Below, piece by piece: positions 1 through 11,519 of a stretch of DNA of 64,000 nt; the stretch's first letter is position 1, and each line of letters starts with the position of its first letter. Position numbers and translations under genes: made by a program. The notes under the pieces are model-generated. The model was not told the DNA's origin, did not search any database, and was given only the letters and a program-made list of their open reading frames with translations. The DNA comes from Eledone cirrhosa (taxonomy: Eukaryota): positions 16,554,001 through 16,618,000 of the forward strand of contig OZ024758.1 of NCBI GenBank assembly GCA_964016885.1. Direction: 5' to 3'.

Positions 1-329
1 ATACATAGGTGCATGCATATATACATAGGGTACATGCATATTTATACATAGGTGCATGCATATATACATATATACATATATACATATAAACATACGTAGA
101 CCATACATACATATATAACAGTGGAATATTTTTCAAATATTTAGCGCACACAAACATTCTCGCCAGAACACTAACTTGGTTCCTGACACATTAATTCGCA
201 TACACAGAAACACACACACACGTGTATGTGTGTGTGTTTGTTTTTGTTTAACTGTATAGATATTTTTATACGTAATATTATAATGTATGTATGTATATAT
301 GTATGTATGCATGGATATATACATATATA

Positions 330-711
330 GGCATAATTCTAGGAGAAGGAAAACTCTGATATAACACCTGCAACCCTGATGGTATCCAATGATGTTGACT
401 TGTTCTTCTTTTTGGTAAATATCATCTTGGTTAAGAGAGTGGGACTGGCTTTGTGCAGTGCCTTTGCTCACTATAAAAGCTTCACGGCACAGGCATTGCT
501 TTATATCTGGAGATCTCTCTGCACTTGTCGTCACATGGTACCATGGGCCCAGCAGTATGTGTCAATAATTGTCACAAGTGTAGTGTTTGTACCAGAGTTT
601 TCAAGTCGCTGGCTGGACTAAAAAGTCACACTCGTTCAGCGCATCGGTAGGGGTTCTCCTACATGGATATAAAGTAGTGGCCGTACTCGAAAACGAGTTG
701 GCAGCCACCAT
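330..711 (+). mobile_element. Interspersed repeat resembling an RTE-type LINE 5' UTR; paralogue at 15152-15485
   Basis: Shares GGCATWMTTCTAGGAGAA, GATGATGTTGAYYTGTYCTTCTTTT, AGAGAGTGGGA and terminal AACGAGKWGGCAGCCAYC with 15152-15485; flanked by direct repeat ATGCATGGATATAT (307-320, 710-723). The RTE 5' UTR assignment is recalled from the CTAGGAGAAGGAAAACTCTG motif. Confidence 0.45.
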
Positions 712-719
712 GCATGGAT

Positions 720-1147
720 ATATGTATGCCTGTATGTATATGCCTGTATATATGATTGCATCTATGTATATATACATGCATCTATGTAAGTACGCGTGTA
801 TGAATATATACACGTATGCATGCATGTATGTATATATGTATGTATGCATTCATCCATGTAAGTATATGAGTATGCATGCATTCATGTATGCATGTAGAGG
901 TGTATATATACACCTATATATACATATATATATATATACATATTCATATACATACACATATATATACACATATATATATATATACATATATATAGATATA
1001 TATATTTATATATATATACACACACACACATATATATATACACACACATATATATATATATACACACATATATATATATATACACACACATATATATATA
1101 TACACACATATATATAAACATACATATATATATACACACGCACGCAC

Positions 1148-1178
<31 letters not shown>

Positions 1179-1259
1179 TATATACACATACGCACACACA
1201 CATATACACATATACACATATATATATACACATACGCACACACACATATACACACAGAC

Positions 1260-1316
<57 letters not shown>

Positions 1317-1363
1317 TATATGCAAATTTTCAGTTATAAACCCTCGTTTATTTATACACGATC

Positions 1364-1394
<31 letters not shown>

Positions 1395-1400
1395 GACATA

Positions 1401-1450
<50 letters not shown>

Positions 1451-1515
1451 TATATGCAAATTTTCAGTTATAAACCCTCGTTTATTTATACACGATCTTA
1501 TATATATATATATAT
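720..1515. repeat. (TA)n/(CA)n/(TATG)n microsatellite field
   Basis: Directly visible. Confidence 0.95.
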
Positions 1516-1712
1516 TTAAGACCGTGTATAAATAAACGAGGGTTTATAACTGAATATTTGCACTGTACGCATTTACTTTGATCTAAATAAATTACTGAAT
1601 CAATTCTGTATTGATCTAAGTAAAGGATTTATTCGTTAAGTATTGTGAAAACTAATCGTGTTACTAGTACATACTATATCAGCAGAGAGGTATTTACAGC
1701 TACATGTCTGCC

Positions 1713-1755
<43 letters not shown>

Positions 1756-1760
<5 letters not shown>

Positions 1761-1974
1761 GATCGATCGACTTTCGTCAAATCGGACCGAGGAAACAATG
1801 TTATCGGCGATCTTTCCAGTTGCTGATACTATCTATCGGTCGCAACTCCAGGTAGAAGGAGCAACGTGAAATAAAGTGTCTTGCTCAAGGACATAACGCA
1901 TCGCCTGGTCCAGGAATCGAGCTCACAACCTCAAGATTGTGAATCCAATTCTCTAACCACTCAGCCACACGCCT
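1756..1974 (-). mobile_element. tRNA-derived CORE-type SINE (OR1-like)
   Basis: Reverse complement of 21239-21458; tRNA-like head with A/B boxes followed by TGTCCTTGAGCAAGACACTTTATTTCACGTTGCTCC. Confidence 0.8.
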
Positions 1975-2130
1975 TCACACACACATATATATATATATAT
2001 ATATACACATATATATAGACACACATATATATATACACATATCTACACACACACATATATACTTATACACACACACATATACATATACACCTATATACAC
2101 ACATGCGTATATATATATATAATACATTAT

Positions 2131-2237
2131 ATCCCGCCGAGGTTGACTTTGCCTTTCATCCTTACGGGGTCGATAAGATAAAGTACCAGTAATGCACTGG
2201 GCTATTGCTGGCCTTGTGCCTAAAGTAGAAACAATTA
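2131..2237 (+). mobile_element. OK-like SINE, 3' fragment
   Basis: ATCCCGCCGAGGTTGACTTTGCCTTTCATCCTTACGGGGTCGATAA...GGCCTTGTGCCTAAAGTAGAAACAATT. Confidence 0.85.
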
Positions 2238-2371
2238 TATGTATATAAAAATATGTATATACGTATATATACTGTGTGTGTGTGTGTGTGTGTGTGTGCA
2301 GGATATCCCTAGATGAAAGGTATAGGAAAAAATTGCTGAATCTAGTTAAAGAGAGCTTATTTGTTTGTGTT

Positions 2372-2458
2372 TGATTCTGACGAGTGAGGTCGCTTTTAGA
2401 CCCACTACTGCCCTAAACAAAGGTAGCTAAACTAGGCCCAGAAACCTAAGGTCGCTCA
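2372..2458 (+). ncRNA. Candidate type I hammerhead ribozyme with long stem II (partly degenerate)
   Basis: CTGACGA 2377-2383; GAAA 2441-2444; stem III ACC-taa-GGT with C17 at 2453 (GUC); stem I TGATT/GCTCA with one mismatch. Confidence 0.45.
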
Positions 2459-2607
2459 TACATGTTAAGTGCATGAACTTTAATAAATATATGTATTTCA
2501 CGTTGCACCAGTTTAGTTGGCTGAAAAAGCGTGTGAAGAGTAGAGACTGATATGTACAGATAGAGAGAGAAAATGGTGAAGAAAGAGTCGAACCCAGTTC
2601 TGGTACG

Positions 2608-3243
2608 TTATTTATCAACCGCGTGTGTGTATATAGGTGTATATGTATATGTGTGTGTGTTTATAAGTATATATGTGTGTGTAGATATATGTGTATATAT
2701 ATATGTGTATATATATATATGTCTGTACATATATGTATAGGGCGGTAGAGGGTCGGACACCATGCTTTGACGCATAGAGTTACAGTCCTTGCCATTCTGA
2801 GTTCAAATCCCGTCGAGGTTAACTTTGCCTTTCACCCTTACGGGGTCGATAAAATAAAGTACCAGTAATGCACTGGGTAATTGCTGGCCTTGTGCCAAAA
2901 GTAGAAACAGTTATTTATCAACCTCGTGTGTGTATATAGGTGTATATGTATATGTGTGTGTGTTTATAAGTATATATGTGTGTGTAGATATATGTGTATA
3001 TATATATGTGTATATATATATGTGTGTACATATATGTATAGGGCGGTGGATTGGCAGTATCGGTAGAGGGTCGGACGCCATGCTTTGACGCATAGAGTTA
3101 CGGCCCTTGCCATTCTGAGTTCAAATCCCGCCGAGGTTAACTTTGCCTTTCATCCTTACGGGATCGATAAAATAAAGTACCAGTAATGCACTGGCTGATG
3201 GCTGGCCTTGTGCCAAAAGCAGAAACAGTTATTTATCAACCTC
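2608..3243 (+). mobile_element. Tandem duplication (~300 bp unit) with an OK-like SINE in each unit (2740-2914, 3040-3232)
   Basis: Units start TTATTTATCAACC at ~2608, 2911 and ~3229; near-identical microsatellite and SINE. Confidence 0.85.
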
Positions 3244-3460
3244 GTTCGGGTGACAGGAAAAGTTAACCACGACAGGACTTGAACTGAAGACAAAGGAATA
3301 TGTGACGGTAGGTAGATTAGTGGTTAGGATGTTAAGCTTTCGATCGTAAGGTGGTTCTTCTTATTCTTGTATTTCATCGTCTTGTTCTACTTTAGAACAT
3401 GTTGCTCCCAATAGGGCATTCAGTGACGAGAAATCAACATCTGCGGCGGGATTTCATAAA

Positions 3461-4692
3461 AGAGCTCAGAAAGACGGATCATTATAGAGCTCAGATTGAC
3501 GGATCATTATAGAGCTCAGAAAGACGGATCATTATAGAGCTCAGAGAGACGGATCATTATAGAGTTCAGAGAGACGGATCATTATAGAGCTCAGAGAGAC
3601 GGATCATTTTAGAGCTCAGATTAACGGATCATTATAGAGCTCAGATTGACGGATCATTATAGAGCTCAGAGAGACGGATCATTATAGAGCTCAGAAAGAC
3701 GGATAATTTTAGAGCTCAGGGAGAGGGATCATTATAGAGCTCAGAGAGACGGATCATTATAGTACTTAGAGAGACGGATCACTATAGAGCTCAGAGAGAC
3801 GGATCATTATAGAGCTCAGATTGACGGATCATTATAGAGCTCAGAGAGACGGATCATTTTAGAGCTCAGAGAGACGGATCATTATAGAGCTCAGAGAGAC
3901 GGATCATTATAGAGCTCAGAGAGACGGATCATTATAGAGCTCAGAGTGACGGATCATTATAGAGCTCAGAGAGACTGATCATTATAGAGATCAGAGAGAC
4001 TGATCATTATAGAGCTCAGAGAGACTGATCATTATAGAGTTCAGAGAGACGGATCATTATAGAGCTCAGAAAGACGGATCATTATAGAGCTCAGAGAGAC
4101 GGATCATTATAGAGCTCAGAGAGACGGATCATTATAGAGCTCAGAGAGACTGATCATTATAGAGCTCAGAGAGACGGATAATTATAGAGCTCAGAGAGAG
4201 GGATCATTATAGAGTTCAGAGTGACGGATCATTATAGAGCTCAGAGAGAGGGATCATTATAGAGTTCAGAGTGACGGATCATTATAGAGCTCAGAGAGAC
4301 GGATCATTATAGAGCTCAGAGTGACGGATCATTATAGAGCTCAGAGAGAGGGATCATTATAGAGTTCAGAGTGACGGATCATTATAGAGCTCAGAGAGAC
4401 GGATCATTATAGAGCTCAGAGAGACGGATCATTATAGAGCTCAGAGAGACGGATCATTATAGAGTTCAGAGTGACGGATCATTATAGAGCTCAGAGAGAC
4501 GGATCATTATAGAGCTCAGAGAGACTGATCATTATAGAGTTCAGAGTGACGGATCATTATAGAGCTCAGAGAGACGGATCATTATAGAGCTCAGAGTGAC
4601 GGATCATTATAGAGCTCGGAGAGACGGATCATTTTAGAGCTCAGAGTGACTGCTCATTATAGAGCTCAGATTGACGGATCATTATGGAGCTG
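3461..4692. repeat. 25-bp minisatellite AGAGCTCAGAGAGACGGATCATTAT, ~49 copies
   Basis: Directly visible tandem array without spacers. Confidence 0.95.
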
Positions 4693-4905
4693 AAGGTGGT
4701 TCTTCTTAGATCGTAAGGTGGTTCTTCTTAGATCGTAAGGTGGTTCTTCATAGATCGTAAGGTGGTTCTTCATAGATCGTAAGGTGGTTCTTCATAGATT
4801 GTAAGGTGGTTCTTCATAGATTGTAAGGTGGTTCTTCATAGATTGTAAGGTGGTTCTTCATAGATCGTAAGGTGGTTCTTCTTAGATTGGAAGGTGGTTC
4901 TTCTT
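4693..4905. repeat. 22-bp minisatellite AAGGTGGTTCTTCATAGATCGT, ~10 copies
   Basis: Directly visible; monomer also at 3342-3360. Confidence 0.95.
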
Positions 4906-5444
4906 ATTCTTGTGCTTCGTCTTCGTCTATTTAGAACCTGTTGTCCCGTATAGGGCATTCAGTGACGAGAAATCAACATTGCACACGATGTAAGAGAAGG
5001 TCCTCCTCTACAGATTTCAGTTCGGCCTTGACAAATCTGTTCTATTTCCTTACGAACCTCTCTTCGTTTCTATTCCAGGAAGGCTCTCACGGGTCTCCTC
5101 GTGGCCGAGCATCTTTCACCATCGTCTGGTCTCCCGCAGATTACTCATCCGGGTCCTATTCATTAGCTCTGTTTTCGTGATGCCGTCATGTCAATAGACC
5201 CTAAGTATGAGACTATGGCAACGTTTATGGAAGAAAAAGACATCTACAGTTCTAGAGATTCTACAGGGTTTTTTCTTCCAAGTCTCGCAAGCAAAAATCG
5301 ACTTTGGCACAACTATTGATATAAGTGTATCGATCTGTCATCGCTAACGTTAGACCATTTAAACTCCAGAGACTGACAAACAGCTGCAACTAGGAAGAAT
5401 CTTTTACTTACATCAGTTCTTCTGTTGGCATTTCTGTCTATGGA

Positions 5445-5479
<35 letters not shown>

Positions 5480-5699
5480 GCACATATATGCATACATACC
5501 TGCGTATATATATATATATATATATCATAAAACATGTCTATAGAATCACAAGATAAAATATATAGCATTTCCTCTCCCAATAGACATCTTTTATGATATA
5601 TAGCTCTGATTATTTAATTTATTAAATTTTCATTGAGCCACAAAGTGACCCGTTGCAAAACACACACATCTATATATATATATATATATATATATATCC

Positions 5700-5965
5700 G
5701 GGAGCTTCCAACAGTAATGGTTGCATTCTTTAAGGGTATGTCAATATTTATTTATAAAACTGCTCTATATTATATTTTATCTGATGAAAGCACACTATAA
5801 TTTAACTTGGTGTCCTTGAAATATGTATAATAAAATAAATATGGTTTTATAAATATAGTTTCCATTTGTTAATATCGTATTTTTACTCCAATTATTTGTT
5901 GAGTGCTTTATATCAGTTATAAAAATATTTGCTTGTTGCATCCCAACAATTTAAATAGAACTTTT
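5700..5965 (+). mobile_element. Penelope-like pseudo-LTR fragment between (TA)n tracts (family A; paralogue 50091-50545)
   Basis: Aligns by eye with 50310-50545 (GGTATGTCAA...TATGGTTTTATAAATATAGTTTCCATTT...GAGTGCTTT...CCCAACAATTTAAATA); contains a hammerhead. Confidence 0.7.
5773..5837 (+). ncRNA. Type I hammerhead ribozyme (family A)
   Basis: Stem I TATTTTAT/ATAAAATA (8 bp perfect); CTGATGA 5781-5787; stem II AAG..CTT; GAAA 5818-5821; stem III AT-atgt-AT; cleavage triplet AUA after 5829. Confidence 0.75.
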
Positions 5966-6017
<52 letters not shown>

Positions 6018-6022
<5 letters not shown>

Positions 6023-6222
6023 AAAGTGTATGACCCCGACGGCAGAGCTCAAGCCGTTTCGACGGCTATTTCTGGACAGAAATTGGTCCAGAAATAGTTG
6101 TCGAAACGGCTTGAGCTCTGCCGTCGGGGTCATACATTTCCCTATTACCCACTCTACTACCCTAAGTATTGAGTACTCTGGTGCGTTATGGTCCATCTGG
6201 TTCCTTACCACAACTCCTTCGT

Positions 6223-6225
<3 letters not shown>
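6018..6225 (+). mobile_element. Fold-back Penelope-like fragment (family B) with 3' half of a hammerhead in each arm
   Basis: Inverted arms 6018-6077/6086-6144; GAAACGGC-loop-GCCGTC-GGGGTC; paralogues ~35095-35190, 43812-43870, 51621-51918, 60475-60659. Confidence 0.7.
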
Positions 6226-6287
<62 letters not shown>

Positions 6288-6359
6288 ATATATCTTCCTG
6301 TGTATATAAATGAATAGACATATATAGGTCTATGTGTCTGTCTGTGTGAGTCTATATAT

Positions 6360-6417
<58 letters not shown>

Positions 6418-6598
6418 AAGTAAGTCCTTCATCAGTGACCCTCCAACCGTCCCAGGCATTTCATCGTTTTAAGGGCCATATATATACATATATGTATATA
6501 TTAAATGAAGACATAAATATATATATATAAATATATAGATAAATCTATATAAATATATATACGCCTATGTGCTTGTCTGTCTGTGTGAGTGTATATAT

Positions 6599-6640
<42 letters not shown>

Positions 6641-6718
6641 TAAATGAAGACATAAATATATATATAAATATATATAAGCCTATGTGCTTGTCTGTGTATG
6701 TGTGTGTATATATATATA

Positions 6719-6768
<50 letters not shown>

Positions 6769-6805
6769 TGTCTCCCTCTCTCTCATTATATATATATATA
6801 TATAT

Positions 6806-7082
6806 AAAATAAAAAAGTACCAGTAATGCACTGGTTAATTGCTGGCCTTGTGCCTAAAGTAGAAACAATTATATATATATATATAATGAGAGAGAGAGAG
6901 ACACCTATATATATATATATATATATAGTTACCTATATATATATATATATAGTTACGTCCCTTTACGGACTGAGTTCAAATCGCGCCGAGGTTGACTTTG
7001 CCTTTCATCCTTACGGGGTCGATAAAATAAAGTACCAGTAATAGACTGGGATAATTGCTGGCCTTGTGCCAAAAGTAGAAAC

Positions 7083-7088
<6 letters not shown>
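6806..7088 (+). mobile_element. Two OK-like SINE fragments
   Basis: SINE body and tail motifs at 6806-6871 and 6948-7088. Confidence 0.85.
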
Positions 7089-7117
<29 letters not shown>

Positions 7118-7148
7118 TGTATATATTAGTGTTATTGATTTTATTCAG

Positions 7149-7198
7149 ATGAATCTCCCTAGGTGCTGCACAGTTCGAAATGAACAATTGATTTCAAT
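7149..7198 (+). other. Candidate internal micro-exon (50 nt; MNLPRCCTVRNEQLIS)
   Basis: Acceptor TGATTTTATTCAG, donor GTAAGA, only one open frame; no homology recognised. Confidence 0.25.
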
Positions 7199-7214
7199 GT
7201 AAGAACATGCATAT

Positions 7215-8205
7215 TCCCCCTTCCCCTTCCCCTTATCTCTCTCTGTTTCAGTCTCCCTCGTCCTTTCTCTTTATGTCTCTCCCCCCCCTTCTCTTTTTCT
7301 GTCTATGTCTCTTCCTTCTCTTTATCTCTCGCTCCGCTTCATCTCTCTCTGTCTCTCTCGCCTTTTCTCTTTATCTTCCCTCTATATCTACATATATCTC
7401 CCTTTCTCTTTATCTTCCCCTCTCTCTCTATATATATATATACATATATCTCCCTTTCTCTTTATCTTCCCCTCTCTCTCTATATCTACATATATCTCCC
7501 TTTCTCTTTATCTTCCCCTCTCTCTCTGTGTATACATATATCTCCCTTTCTCTTTATCTTCCCCTCTCTCTCTATATCTACATATATTTCCCTTTCTCTT
7601 TATCTTCCCCTCTCTCTCTGTGTATACATATATCTCCCTTTCTCTTTATCTTCCCCTCTCTCTCTATATATACATATATCTCCCTTTCTCTTTATCTTCC
7701 CCTCTCTCTATATATACATATATCTCCCTTTCTCTTTATCTTCCCCTCTCTCTCTATATATACATATATCTCCCTTTCTCTTTATCTTCCCCTCTCTCTA
7801 TATATATACATATATCTCCCTTTCTCTTTCTCTCTCTCTATATCTACATATATCTCCCTTTCTCTTTATCTTCCCCTCTCTCTACATCTACATATATCTC
7901 CCTTTCTCTTTATCTTCTTCTCTCTCTGTGTATACATATATCTCCCTTTCTATTTATCTTCCCCTCTCTCTGTATCTCTCTCTCTTTTCTCTTTCTCTCT
8001 GTCTTTCTCATCCTTTCTCTTTATCTTCGCCTCTCTGTATCTCTCTCCCCTCTTATCTCTCTCTGTCTCTCTTGCCCTTTTTCTATCTTCCCCTCTCTTT
8101 ATCTCTCTCCTTTCTCATTTCTCCCTGACTCTCTCAATCTTTCCCTCTCTGTCTCTCTCTCTCTCCCTCGTCTCTTTATCTCTCTCTGTCTGTTTCTCTC
8201 CATCT
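7215..8205. repeat. CT-rich low-complexity tract with ~51-55 bp minisatellite (7360-7970)
   Basis: Unit TACATATATCTCCCTTTCTCTTTATCTTCCCCTCTCTCT(AT)n. Confidence 0.9.
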
Positions 8206-8525
8206 CTGCTTGCTTTCAATATGTACTCAAAACACGTGACTTAGCTAATGTACTGTACATGACAATGAACATGAATTTTCACATGCTTGCATTTGCTTCG
8301 ATTAATTACACAATCCACTACAGTTAATTAGAGCCGAACCTAAGCAACTAAAGTCACCATCATGTCAATCACTTGAAGCCTGGCTCCTCTACATAATCAT
8401 TTCATATTATCGCCTCCAAATATTAAATGTTCGTATTATTACGTAATAACTTATGAAACCATGTGCCCTTACTTTAAATATACTGACTATACACAGCCGT
8501 TGACACATAATGCTGCATTATTACA

Positions 8526-9360
8526 GCGGCGAATTGGGTAGAGGGCTGGCTGGACGCCATGCTTTCTAGCATAGTTACGTCCCTTTACGGTCTGAATTCT
8601 AATCCCACCGAGGTTAACTTTTCCTTTCATCCTTACGGGGTCGATAAATTAAAGTACCAGTAATGTACTGGATAATTGCTGGCCTTGTGCCAAAACTAGA
8701 AACAATTATTACAGCAAATACGGGTGGTGGATTGGCAGTATCGGTAGAGAGTCGGGAAACATGCTTTTCAGCATAGAGTTACGACCCTTTACGGCCTGAG
8801 TTCGAATCCCACCGAGGTTAACTTTGCCTTTCAGCCTTATGGGGTCGATAAAATAAAGAACCAGTCACGCGCTGGGGTCGATTTAATCGATTTTCCTCTC
8901 ACCAACAAAAAGATTGGTGGCCTTGTGCCTATATAAGAAACCATTATTGCAGCAAGTACGGGCGGTGGCTTGGCAGTATAGGTAGAGGGTTGAACGCCAT
9001 GCTTTGCAGCATAGAGTTACGTTCCTTTACGGTCTGAGTTCAAATCCCACCGAGGTTAACTTTGCCTTTCATCTTTATGGCTTACGGGGTCGATAAAATA
9101 AAGTACCTGTAATGTACTGAGGTAATTACTGGCCTTGTGACAAGAGTAGAAACAATTATTGCAGCAAATACAAATATGGTGAATGTTACAATCAGTAGAA
9201 GAGGCGCCGAATTGGCAGAGTCGCTAGGGCAACAGGTTAAAAATGTCTCGGTTTTTGTTTTGGCCTTCTGCTCTCTGAGTTCAAATCCTGTCGTGGTTAT
9301 CCTTACTTGCCATCTGTACGAGGTCGATAAATAACCTACCAAAAGCTGGGGTTGATTCTT
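8526..9360 (+). mobile_element. Head-to-tail array of four OK-like SINEs
   Basis: Heads at ~8526, 8721, 8960, 9202; spacer ATTATTRCAGCAARTAC repeated. Confidence 0.85.
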
Positions 9361-9447
9361 TATTCAACACTTTCTCTCAGTCTTCCTTTCTTTCTCTGGA
9401 AGAAAGAGGTTGAGTTCCAGCTCGAAGAGGGGTGGTTCCATCTGGAA

Positions 9448-9697
9448 GAGGGATAGTTCCAACTCAAAAAGGGATAGCTCCAACTCAAAGAGGGATAGCT
9501 CCAACTCAAAGAGGGATAGCTCCAACTCAAAGGGGGATAGCTCCAACTCAAAGAGGGATAGCTCCAACTCAAAGAGGGATAGCTCCAACTCAAAGAGGGG
9601 TAGCTCCAACTCAAAGAGGGATAGCTCCAACTCAAAGAGGGATAGCTCCAACTCAAAGAGGGATAGCTCCAACTCAAAGAGGGATAGCTCCAACTCG
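9448..9697. repeat. 21-bp minisatellite AGAGGGATAGCTCCAACTCAA, ~12 copies
   Basis: Directly visible. Confidence 0.95.
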
Positions 9698-9985
9698 AAG
9701 AAGGTTTAAAACGCTCAAGACAATCCCTACGACTCCGTGAACAGTAAAGGGGTTCCTTACCGTACAATCAGTGAAACTACACAACATGGCCGAATGGGTG
9801 AGAAGTCACTAGATCCAAGATTGAATTACATTGCGTTGTATCTTGGGTATGTGTCATTTGCCATAGCTTCGCATTTACCCATACACAGTGACTGAAACTG
9901 CATATGACCCATATCCAGAGACTGAAACTGCATATACAGAAGCTCTTTACTTATCTTATTAATAACAGCATTGTTTCTTTCCAGG

Positions 9986-10198
9986 TGTGAGTAGGTTATG
10001 CCTGGAAGGAAGGTTGGTTGGTAAGAGAAGCAGAGGTCGGCAGCCAAAACGATGGCTTGACAATGTCAACCTATGGGTCGCACTTGAACTTGATCTTTGC
10101 TCTTTAATCTCTGCTGTCAGTGATCGAACTTTGTGGAGAGAAATATCTCATGCTGACGCGCAGTTTGCAACTGGAGGAGTTTAGCGTCAAAGTAGTAA
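9986..10198 (+). mobile_element. RTE-clade LINE 3' fragment with ~11-bp target site duplication
   Basis: Encodes LEGRLVGKRSRGRQPKRWLDNV (RTE C-terminal motif); TSD TTCTTTCCAGG 9975-9985 / TTCTTTCTAGG 10199-10209; empty paralogous site at ~25964-25974. Confidence 0.75.
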
Positions 10199-11120
10199 TT
10201 CTTTCTAGGGAAACTATGTTGAAACTATGTTGAAATATAAACCTCATTTTGTCATTTCATGAAAGTATCTTCACCAGCCTATGAACATTTCAGCAGACCT
10301 TCGTAATATAAATATATACGTGTATCCTATCTGTCTTAGTCTCACAATAGATAACATTGTGTTTCCAAGTAAAAAATCATCATCATCTCTATAGAAAAAT
10401 TCTAGATTAAAATTACGTACAAGCAATAACAACAAGAAATATAGAGACAGATATTTTCTCAGCTATCAATAACATATACGACTTTGTCTGCACACTAACA
10501 AACTATCAGCGTACGTCATCTTCGTTGTCGTTATAGGTATAAAATATTATTGCCTTCACAAGAAGACATTTCTTATACTCTTACAACAGACATGTAACTA
10601 AAATCTAACTACATTTTCCAGTTTTGACTTAAGCGTTCACCTGAGAGGGAAATAAAACTAAGAACAGAAAGAAAAACTCGAATTTCGTTATCACCACCTC
10701 CTGAGACACTTAGTGTTAAAAGTATACTAAATAATTGACACAAAACCGCGAGAATTATTCAGGTGTGAAGGCAGTAAACGGAGATAGAAACACAAGAAAA
10801 AATTACTGAAAAATAATCTTAAATTTGCTCTAAAGGATCTGATAAATTGTTATTGGTAAACGTGATAATGTGATAATGTGATAAGAGGAATCTGTTTGTT
10901 ATTATGGACAAATATAGACGAAAAAAATGTATAATATGATAACAGTTAACGTGGGAATATTAAGAAAAAACAATACAGTACAGTGTGAGTATGTGTCTGT
11001 GAAATATATATATATATATAAATATATATATATATACACCAGGTCTGAACACAAGGAACTAAACTTCCGCTGTCACTGCCTCAGTGGGAGTGTGTGTCTG
11101 TGAAATATATATATATATAT

Positions 11121-11410
11121 ATCTAAGGCGGGTAAAATTCCCGAGATCCATGGACGAGTTCTCTCCAGCGGTCTCTGTCCCTCATTATCGCTGCCATGTC
11201 CTGCGTCTCCAACACTGAGGATGAAAAACTCAGAGCTGTATGGGAGCATCCCAAAAGTCAGCTCAAAAGTGACACAGAGGAGACTGAGGTTAGCTGGACA
11301 TGCTCACCGACATCCACAGTTGACATTGCACTCAGTGCTCCTGTGGGAGCCCTTACATGGACACACTAGAAGAGGAAGACCAAGGTTAACATATGTTGAT
11401 GCCCTAAGGA
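11121..11410 (-). mobile_element. RTE/RTE-X LINE 3' fragment with 5' inversion
   Basis: 11121-11214 = reverse complement of 40933-41026; 11212-11410 = 40722-40920. Confidence 0.9.
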
Positions 11411-11519
11411 TATATCTATCTATCTATCTATATATATATATATACACCAGGTCTGAACACGAGGGAACTAAACTCCCACTGTCACTGCCTCATTGGGAGT
11501 GTGTATCTGTGAAATATAT

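Noticed and set aside
3461-4692. CRISPR-like array
   Set aside because: Contiguous tandem units without unique spacers, no cas genes, eukaryotic context
9360-9767. Repetitive ORFs (SWSYPSL, RGIAPTQ); likewise 46404-46733, 7207-8327, 41452-42023
   Set aside because: Minisatellite or low-complexity DNA open in several frames
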